Origin: Candidatus Velthaea sp.
GTDB lineage: Bacteria; Vulcanimicrobiota; Vulcanimicrobiia; Vulcanimicrobiales; Vulcanimicrobiaceae
Reading direction: 5' to 3'
DNA: 12,878 nucleotides
NCBI GenBank assembly: GCA_050012475.1
Contig: JBEKHC010000122.1
Coordinates: 1 to 12,878 of the forward strand
Shown here: positions 1 through 6,232 of the stretch, one piece after another
Layout of the letters: the number at the start of each line of letters is the position of its first letter
Numbering within the stretch: the first letter of the stretch is position 1
Translations under genes and position numbers: made by a program
Notes under the pieces: generated by a model
Database searches by the model: none
What the model was told of the DNA's origin: nothing
Seen by the model: only the letters and a program-made list of their open reading frames with translations

Positions 1-1
1 C

Positions 2-523
2 CCCGAAACGATCGTGGAACGCTGCGTCGATGCCGTCGCCGAGATCGTCGAGCGAACGGAGCAGCGGGCCGGCCTCCGACACGATTGCTTGGAGCAGCAC
101 CTCGCCCTCGCCGATCCGCGAGCGCAGCAGGCCAGGCACGATCGCCAGGGCGCGCGCGCTTGCCGCACAACCCCCTGCGCACAGCATTCGCGTCGCATCG
201 CTCGTCGCGGCTTTTTCGCCGAAGTTGCGGTAGATCGCTTGGCCGATCGCCTCGAGAAACAGTCCCTGTGCGATGAGCACGCGCGCTTCGCGGGCGCCCA
301 TTACGCTTGCCAGGACGGCCGCGATCGGTGCCTCGAGCGCGGTTCCGGTCAGATATTCGTCGGTCTGCACGCGCGTGCGCAGCAGGGCCATCGCGCGCTC
401 TTTCTCTGGCGTGAGCAGCGCGGGCGCCGACACGGCGTATTGTTTCACTGCCAAGGACTCGAAGCGGGCCAGGATCGTCCACAGCAGCGCTTCGCTGCGG
501 TCGATCTCCGTGCTGACGTTCAT
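2..523 (-). CDS. Partial (runs off left edge) helical protein; probable degenerate ferritin-like/ADO-like paralog lacking ExxH iron ligands
   Basis: Not in the ORF track; translated by hand. ATG at 523-521, 16 nt after the stop of 540..1280, open to the window edge (174 codons): MNVSTEIDRSEALLWTILARFESLAVKQYAVSAPALLTPEKERAMALLRTR...RVLIAQGLFLEAIGQAIYRNFGEK...LLRSLDDLGDGIDAAFHDRFG. FESLAVKQY and IAQGLFLEAIGQAIY mirror GEKVAAKIY and VVQGFIVESLAIATY of the upstream protein. Confidence 0.8.
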   Translation of the reverse strand, partial: MNVSTEIDRSEALLWTILARFESLAVKQYAVSAPALLTPEKERAMALLRTRVQTDEYLTGTALEAPIAAVLASVMGAREARVLIAQGLFLEAIGQAIYRNFGEKAATSDATRMLCAGGCAASARALAIVPGLLRSRIGEGEVLLQAIVSEAGPLLRSLDDLGDGIDAAFHDRFG

Positions 524-539
524 GCGTGTGCTCGACCTG

Positions 540-1280
540 CTACTTGGTTTTCTCGCCGCGGCGATACTTGCGAATGAGCGGCATGAACATCGCGACGACG
601 TGTTTGGTCGCGTCTTTCTGTTCGAACCCGACCGTCTCGAGCAGGCGGGTGTAGCCGTCCATCATAGCGCCCGCACAGTAGGCGCCGGACATGCCGATCT
701 TGTCGAGATACTCCGAAATGTTCATCATCGTGCCGCCGATGCAATCGATGCCCTGAACGTTGACGCGCTCGGCCAGCCCGCGGAACTCGTCGACCGCATC
801 GAAATAGCGCAGCCGCAAGTAGCGCACGACCCAGTCGACATGATAGTGTTCTTCTTCGAGCGCCTTGCGGAAGATGTCGTGGGTGCCCGGATACTTGTGC
901 GCGATCGGCAAAAACGATTCGTACGTCGCAATCGCCAGGCTTTCGACGATGAAGCCCTGCACGACGATGAGCGCGTCGAAGTCGCGTTTGGCGCCGTGCT
1001 CGTCGACTTGGCGAAGCAGATAGCTCAATTCGTTGTCGGCGAACGCGCGGTCGGGTTCGATTCCGTTGGCCCGGCTTACGTCGAGGAACCACGCGCCGTG
1101 GTTGGCCTCCATCTTGCCGAACTTGGTGAGCAGCGGCCCGTACTGCGGCTGCAGCTCGGCGCACAGCAGGTAAATTTTCGCCGCGACTTTCTCACCGAAG
1201 ATGGCAAGCGCCATCAGCTTTTCGATCGACTCCTGTTCCTCTCGCGGGCGCGGCGCAGTCAGGATCGTTACGTTGTCCAC
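540..1280 (-). CDS. Ferritin-like diiron protein, aldehyde-deformylating oxygenase (fatty aldehyde decarbonylase)-like, 246 aa
   Basis: GTG start preceded by a GAGGA RBS. Ligand set E30, E58xxH61, E113, E144xxH147 matches ADO spacing. ADO-type context motifs: GExxAxxxY, KMExxH, PDxxFA, QxxIxExxAIAxY..P.A, YxxxLExxGF. Confidence 0.85.
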   Translation of the reverse strand: MDNVTILTAPRPREEQESIEKLMALAIFGEKVAAKIYLLCAELQPQYGPLLTKFGKMEANHGAWFLDVSRANGIEPDRAFADNELSYLLRQVDEHGAKRDFDALIVVQGFIVESLAIATYESFLPIAHKYPGTHDIFRKALEEEHYHVDWVVRYLRLRYFDAVDEFRGLAERVNVQGIDCIGGTMMNISEYLDKIGMSGAYCAGAMMDGYTRLLETVGFEQKDATKHVVAMFMPLIRKYRRGEKTK

Positions 1281-1383
1281 TCGGGTTCCTCGTCAGGGCA
1301 AGCGATAAGCGGGCGGTCGATTCGGCGCGGGAGCGGTGCCGGGAGGGCCGTCGTGTTCGACCTGCCGGGATTGCAGCCGAATG

Positions 1384-1408
1384 CGTTCGACGCCTCAGAC
1401 GTCGAACG
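1384..1408. promoter_or_regulatory. Perfect 9-bp inverted repeat CGTTCGACG-N7-CGTCGAACG (operator or hairpin) between htrA-like and ADO-like genes
   Basis: Arms at 1384-1392 and 1400-1408; extra GTTCGAC half-site at 1355-1361; no U-tract. Confidence 0.4.
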
Positions 1409-1478
1409 TGCTCCATTCTTCCTGCTCTTGTCGATGGATTCGCCCCGAACCCCTGCGCCGCACTGACGCCGACCCCGT

Positions 1479-2468
1479 TCAGTTGGTGCGCGCAAGCGCT
1501 TCCGACGGAATGATCGTCCGCTCGACCCGCTCGTTGCGGCGGAGCAAGCCGACCGTCGTGGGCGCGTCGACCCGGTCGTGCCCGGTCAGCACGCGGTGCA
1601 ATCCATCGACGCCTTCCACGGCCTGCGCTCCCAGCGCGATGACGATGTCGCCGGGTTCGATCCCCGCGCGCGAGGCCGGACTCGACGGCTCGACGCTCTG
1701 GACGAGAATCCCGCGCTGCTGCGCGAGCCCGTGCAGACGTTGAAGAAAACGCGGGATATCGACGTCACTCCCCGCGATCCCGACATAGCCGCGATGGATC
1801 TTGCCGTCGCGGATGAGCAAGCTGGCGATATGCTTGGCGGTATTGGCCGCGATGGCAAAACAGATACCTTGGCCGGCGGCCACGATCGCGGTGTTGACGC
1901 CGATGACCTGGCCGCGGGCATCGACCAGCGGGCCGCCGCTGTTGCCCGGATTGAGCGCGGCGTCGGTCTGGATGATGTTGTCCATCAGGCGGCCGGATTG
2001 CGAGCGCAGCGTTCGTCCCAGCGCCGAAACGATGCCCGCCGTCACGGTCGTTTGCAGGCCGAAGGGATTGCCCAGCGCGATGGCCAGCTGGCCGGGCCGG
2101 ATCGCGGCCGAATCGCCGAAGGCGATCGGGGTGAGATCGTTGGCGCTGATGCGAATCACCGCTAAGTCGCTGTCCGGGTCGTCGCCGACGAGCAAAGCGC
2201 GGTAGCGCCGGCCGTCGAGCAGCGCGGCCTCGATCTCGCGCGCACCGTGGACGACGTGGCTGTTGGTGAAGATAAAGCCGTCGGGCGTTGCGATCAACCC
2301 GGATCCGCTGCCCGCCTGGCGGCCGCCGGCGCGGACCTCGATCCCGACAACCGACGGCGAAGCGCGGTCGACGGCGGCAGTGACGACGCTCGAGTACGAA
2401 TCTGCGCCGGCCGCGTCGTCGGCGACGAACCGGGCAAGGGAGGAGAGACTGGACATGGTGCAGATCAT
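1479..2468 (-). CDS. HtrA/DegP-like S1C serine protease with one C-terminal PDZ domain, no signal peptide (~329 aa)
   Basis: Catalytic triad motifs TNSHVV, DSDLAV and GNSGGPL, plus GSGSG and IQTDAALN; PDZ motif SPASRAGIEPGDIVIAL. Start placed at ATG 2468, which overlaps the upstream stop (ATGA); ATG 2456 is an alternative. The ORF-track extension to 2705 lies inside the upstream gene. Confidence 0.92.
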   Translation of the reverse strand: MICTMSSLSSLARFVADDAAGADSYSSVVTAAVDRASPSVVGIEVRAGGRQAGSGSGLIATPDGFIFTNSHVVHGAREIEAALLDGRRYRALLVGDDPDSDLAVIRISANDLTPIAFGDSAAIRPGQLAIALGNPFGLQTTVTAGIVSALGRTLRSQSGRLMDNIIQTDAALNPGNSGGPLVDARGQVIGVNTAIVAAGQGICFAIAANTAKHIASLLIRDGKIHRGYVGIAGSDVDIPRFLQRLHGLAQQRGILVQSVEPSSPASRAGIEPGDIVIALGAQAVEGVDGLHRVLTGHDRVDAPTTVGLLRRNERVERTIIPSEALARTN

Positions 2469-4078
2469 TGACCCGCCGGCCGGTCTGCCGGTTGCGTCGC
2501 CGCCGGTGCGCCCCCGGGTTTGGGGAAACAGCCGTCGGCGGCCGAGATCGGCGGGGTCGCCGCCAACGGGGCGGTCGTGGTCACCCCGATTTCGAGCGGA
2601 TAGTTCGATCCGCCGTCGGTCATCGTGAGCACGTCGAGCGTCCCGCTGGCATGGGGTGCCAGCTCGAAAGGCGCGATCAGGTAGCGTTGGGGAACGCGCA
2701 CGCACCCGAGGTCGACCGGCGTGCCGTTGACGACGAAGCTGCTGCGGACCACCCCGCCCAACGGTTTCTCGTACAAGTACACCGTCGTCGATCGGTCGCC
2801 CGGATTGTCGAGATCGAATGCGATCTGCTGGAGCACGCCGTAGTCGCCGTAGTCATGGCCGGGGTCGACCGGGTCCAGGTTGCGCGGCGTTTGCTGCCGG
2901 CTGCCGTAGACGTAGCCAGCATCCGGGCCGCCGGCCGAATACGCGATGATCCGCTGAGCAAAATCGCCGACTGCGAAGCTGCCGTGGCGGGTGTGGCCGT
3001 CGGCTGGCAGCTTGGATGCGTACAGATAGGCAGCGGGGTCGGCGTCGAGCGGGATCGCCATGACCGTCGCCGTGACCGGGCCGCCGTCGAGCACGCGGAG
3101 ATCGAGCGCCCCGACGATCCCGTCGCCGGGCCCCGCAATGACGTCGCGTTCGAGACTTGGTTTCCCGCCCACGATCGTCGCCACGACGCCTTCGCCGTGC
3201 GGTTCGACGGCTAGAAACGATTTCGACACCGCGTGGCCGACGCTCATCACGTCGATGTTCGGCCCGGCTGCCGCGCCGACGAGCTGCACGCGGGTGCGCA
3301 CGCTGTCGTTCGCGCTCAGCACGACGCAGAAGCGCCGCCGTACACCCACGTTCTGATGATAATAGTACAGGCGCGTCGGTTGTCCGGCGCTCACGGTCGT
3401 GCGGGAAAGGACGCCGTCGGCGATGATGCGTTCGGGATCGTCGGCGAACGCGAGCAGCGCCGGAGCGCCGTCCGGAACGGCGGCGTTGACGACGTCGACG
3501 GTGGTCGAACCGCTGACGGGGGCCGTTCCGGGACCGGGTTCGATGGCGACCGCGACGCTGAAGCTGGTCAGAAAGCCGCGCTCGAGCTGTTGCGGCTGCG
3601 GCACGATCGCGCCAGGGTGCACCGAACTGCCCGGTGCGAGCGTGGGTGCGACGGCGGCGGTGACGGCGGCTTCCAGGCGCGAGGCCAGAAAGCCAGCCGC
3701 CGCGGGATCGCCCGAGATGGTGAGTCCGAGGCGGGCGGGCACGCTACCCGCCGGCGGCCGGACGTCGACCGGGATGTCGAGCGTCGTACCCGCCGCGTCG
3801 CTGACGTGCAGAACGAACTCGCCCAGGCGCGTTCCGGCCGCGACGGTCAGCGTGTGCGTTTGCGGGTCCACCGTGACGGCGATCTGCGGGTCCGATGCGC
3901 TCGCCGCGATCGCGCCTGACGTTCCGTCCAGCACGATTGCCGCGCGCCCCTCGGGCGGAAGCGTGATCGCGGCCGGCACGGCGCCGATCGCGTTTTGGGC
4001 GCCCACCGGGCCGCCGCTGGCGCCGTAAACGGCGCCGAGCAGGGCGAACCCGAGGATCGCGCGGCGTTCAGGCCGCGT
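2465..4078 (-). CDS. Secreted hypothetical protein with N-terminal beta-rich region and DUF3370-like C-terminal region; start uncertain (first canonical start GTG 4006)
   Basis: 513-aa ORF from GTG 4006. The frame stays open upstream to TGA 4096-4094 and encodes a signal-peptide-like RPERRAILGFALLGAVYGA after ACG 4078. Motifs FADDPE..DGVL, LYYYHQN and GDYGVLQQIAFDLDNP recall the SNSPE..GIL / GNYGVxY..NP pattern of DUF3370-type proteins (from memory). Confidence 0.7.
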   Translation of the reverse strand, partial: TRPERRAILGFALLGAVYGASGGPVGAQNAIGAVPAAITLPPEGRAAIVLDGTSGAIAASASDPQIAVTVDPQTHTLTVAAGTRLGEFVLHVSDAAGTTLDIPVDVRPPAGSVPARLGLTISGDPAAAGFLASRLEAAVTAAVAPTLAPGSSVHPGAIVPQPQQLERGFLTSFSVAVAIEPGPGTAPVSGSTTVDVVNAAVPDGAPALLAFADDPERIIADGVLSRTTVSAGQPTRLYYYHQNVGVRRRFCVVLSANDSVRTRVQLVGAAAGPNIDVMSVGHAVSKSFLAVEPHGEGVVATIVGGKPSLERDVIAGPGDGIVGALDLRVLDGGPVTATVMAIPLDADPAAYLYASKLPADGHTRHGSFAVGDFAQRIIAYSAGGPDAGYVYGSRQQTPRNLDPVDPGHDYGDYGVLQQIAFDLDNPGDRSTTVYLYEKPLGGVVRSSFVVNGTPVDLGCVRVPQRYLIAPFELAPHASGTLDVLTMTDGGSNYPLEIGVTTTAPLAATPPISAADGCFPKPGGAPAATQPADRPAGQ

Positions 4079-4093
4079 AGCGCGCGCCGCCGG

Positions 4094-5290
4094 TCAATCC
4101 CGTTTGCGCGGAACGAGTCCGTTCTTGACCACGATCGCGGCCCCGTCGCTCGACCGCGCGTAACTCAGCAGACCCGAGGTCGCGGCGTTGTCGTGCGTTG
4201 AAGCGGCCCGCACCGCGATCGACAGCGTGTAGGGATAGCGCCCCGACGCGATCGAGAGCACGTTGGGCACCGGCAAATAGGTGAGCGGGACGACTTTGGC
4301 CGCGGCGGCTTGACTGAAGGCCACCAGGCCAATGGCGTTGCGGCTGTCGGAGTCGCCCGACGTCACCTCCCGGGCAACTGCGGCGCTCGAACGGCTGCGC
4401 CGCACCGCGCGATCGATCGTCACACCGAAGAACAGCGATGACTCGAGCGCCTTGGCTTCGTCGGTGCCGGCTGCGGGAAGCATCGCGACGATCGGACCCG
4501 GCGGCAGACCCAGCTCCGACCAATCGTGAATCGAACCGCTGAAGATCAGCCGCAGCTCGGTTTCGCTGATGCGCGCAATGGGATTCTGGGGGTTGACCAC
4601 GGCCACGATCGCGTCGTGGGCGATCACGTCGTCGGGAGTTTCCGGCGTCATCGAAAAACGGACGTCGCACGTTTTCGCGGTGGTGAAGCTGAAGCGGTTG
4701 GCGCGGGTCGCGCTCTTGGCGGCGTAGCCGCGCACGAGATCGGCGGCCAGCTGCGGTGCGCTCGAAATCGTGCAAACCGTGATGCTGTCGGCCTGCGCGC
4801 GCTGCATCCCAACGTCGGGACGCGCCGCGTACACGATCGCGGCGCTCGCACCCAGGGCGGCCGCGACGATCCAAAACCAGCGCAAGGGAATGATAAACTT
4901 CGCGCGCGCCGCGCTCGCGGCCAACCTGCTCGCCGTCTGTCGCGGGGCGGGTGCGGGTATCGGAGCAGACGCCGGCACCGGAGCGGATGCCGCCGGCCCC
5001 GGCGCCGGCGCGGACTTCATTGCCGCGCGCTCCGCGGCGGGCGCGGGTGCCGAGACGGCGGCCGCCGGTGCGGCGACGGCCGCTCCGTTGCCGTTCGAGG
5101 ACGATGGCGCAGCCGCGGGATCACCCGGGACGAGCGCTTCGCCGCATTCCGGGCAGTATTCGCCGGCGCCGAGATACCACTCGACAGCTTTGCCGGTCTC
5201 GCCCGTCGTGCAATTTGCCCGATTGACGCAGTGCGCCGTGCGGCCGACGCTGTCACGCTTCAGGCGGGTCGCGCCCTCAGTGGATAACAT
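4094..5290 (-). CDS. Membrane-anchored protein: N-terminal Cys4 zinc-ribbon-like domain, Pro/Ala linker, TM helix, PstS-like (PBP_like_2) substrate-binding domain (~398 aa)
   Basis: CVNRANC...CPECG; AP-rich linker; TM WFWIVAAALGASAAIVYAA; PstS-family motifs IAHDAIVAVVNPQNPI..ISETELRLIFSGSIHDWSELG, NAIGLV and IASGRYPY. ATG 5290 overlaps the end of the upstream gene. Confidence 0.8.
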   Translation of the reverse strand: MLSTEGATRLKRDSVGRTAHCVNRANCTTGETGKAVEWYLGAGEYCPECGEALVPGDPAAAPSSSNGNGAAVAAPAAAVSAPAPAAERAAMKSAPAPGPAASAPVPASAPIPAPAPRQTASRLAASAARAKFIIPLRWFWIVAAALGASAAIVYAARPDVGMQRAQADSITVCTISSAPQLAADLVRGYAAKSATRANRFSFTTAKTCDVRFSMTPETPDDVIAHDAIVAVVNPQNPIARISETELRLIFSGSIHDWSELGLPPGPIVAMLPAAGTDEAKALESSLFFGVTIDRAVRRSRSSAAVAREVTSGDSDSRNAIGLVAFSQAAAAKVVPLTYLPVPNVLSIASGRYPYTLSIAVRAASTHDNAATSGLLSYARSSDGAAIVVKNGLVPRKRD

Positions 5291-6020
5291 GGTTGCGCGC
5301 CAGGTCGGACGCTCGGCGCTCCGCTGCGCGTTTCGCCGCCTCGGCACGAAGCGCGACGCGCGTTTCGAACAGACGCAGTTCTTCCACGCCTTCGAGGGAA
5401 GGGCTGTTCACGAGATCGTCGCCGGCGCCCAGCGCGCGGGCACGTTCCTCCGCTTCGGCCGAGGCGCTTTCTGCCCGTTGGCGGGTCGCGCGGTATTCGG
5501 CCAAGTCGGCTGCTGCGGCTGCGGCTTCGGTGTCGGCGGCCGCGCGGGCGGCGCCGATTTCCGCATGGTGTGCGTCCGTTTCACCGGCTGCGCGGGAGGC
5601 TTGGGCGAGTTCCGCGCGCGCTGCCTCGAGCCGCCGCTCGCACTCCGCCACCGCCGCCGCCGCATTGTCGCGGGCTGTTCGGGCGGCGGCCGAGGAGTTG
5701 TCGAGCGCCATCTGCCGGTCGGTCAGCTCGGCGATTCGGCTCGCGCACGCCTCGACGCGGAGGATCGCCTCGTGCTCGAACTGGGCCGCGGTGACCGCGG
5801 TTGCCGCATGCTCGCGCGCCGTAGCGCGCTCCACGGCGATGCGCGCCGCGAGCGTTTCGCCGGCGAGCCGTTCTTCGAGCGAGCGCGCCTCAGCGAGCAA
5901 TTCCTCGACGGCACGTCGCTGTTCGACGGCACGCGCTTGGGCCGCCGCCAAGATCGCAGCGAGCTCCGCCGGGGGGACGGATTCGGCGGACGCGGAGCTA
6001 GGGTCGACGAACTGGTCCAT
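5277..6020 (-). CDS. Ala/Glu/Arg-rich coiled-coil hypothetical protein (247 aa)
   Basis: ATG at 6020 with AGAAGG upstream; long stretch of helix-favouring A/E/R residues with no Pro in the core; no signal peptide or TM segment. Confidence 0.75.
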   Translation of the reverse strand: MDQFVDPSSASAESVPPAELAAILAAAQARAVEQRRAVEELLAEARSLEERLAGETLAARIAVERATAREHAATAVTAAQFEHEAILRVEACASRIAELTDRQMALDNSSAAARTARDNAAAAVAECERRLEAARAELAQASRAAGETDAHHAEIGAARAAADTEAAAAAADLAEYRATRQRAESASAEAEERARALGAGDDLVNSPSLEGVEELRLFETRVALRAEAAKRAAERRASDLARNHVIH

Positions 6021-6024
6021 TCTC

Positions 6025-6070
6025 GAACCGCCTTCTGGGCAGACGAACACCGGCTATTCGAAAGCGGTTC
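6025..6070 (-). promoter_or_regulatory. Leader hairpin (11-bp stem, one G-U pair) overlapping the putative RBS of the coiled-coil gene
   Basis: In mRNA sense GAACCGCUUUC (6070-6060) pairs with GAAGGCGGUUC (6035-6025), ending 4 nt before ATG 6020. Confidence 0.4.
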
Positions 6071-6232
6071 ATCTCGCTCGGTTACCGGGTACGGCGTTGA
6101 CACTCGCGCTTGTCGTAGCCAAATTTTTACGTCGGCACGTTCTTTCGCCCTGCCGCTCAAAAGTGGCGCGGCTCCGGACTTTCGGCCCTGCCCCTTCGAT
6201 TGTCTCCATCTTGGCTTGGTCAGCAAGTGAGC

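Noticed and set aside
2..523. Acyl-ACP reductase (aar) expected downstream of ado
   Set aside because: The translation shows no AAR-like N-terminus or Rossmann motif; it resembles the ADO-like protein instead.
273..1466. 397-aa plus-strand ORF (and 14..577)
   Set aside because: Antisense shadow of the ADO-like pair; no recognisable motifs; long antisense ORFs are expected in high-GC DNA.
4068..4874. 268-aa minus-strand Arg-rich ORF
   Set aside because: Alternative frame of the PstS-like gene; composition typical of off-frame GC-rich sequence.
6150..6215. Glycine riboswitch-like GGAGA...CGAAGGGGCA
   Set aside because: Lacks the conserved CUCUCAGG element and P1 pairing; downstream genes are unrelated to glycine metabolism.
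4770..6230. 486-aa and 316-aa plus-strand ORFs
   Set aside because: Antisense to the coiled-coil and PstS-like genes; low-complexity translations with no family features.
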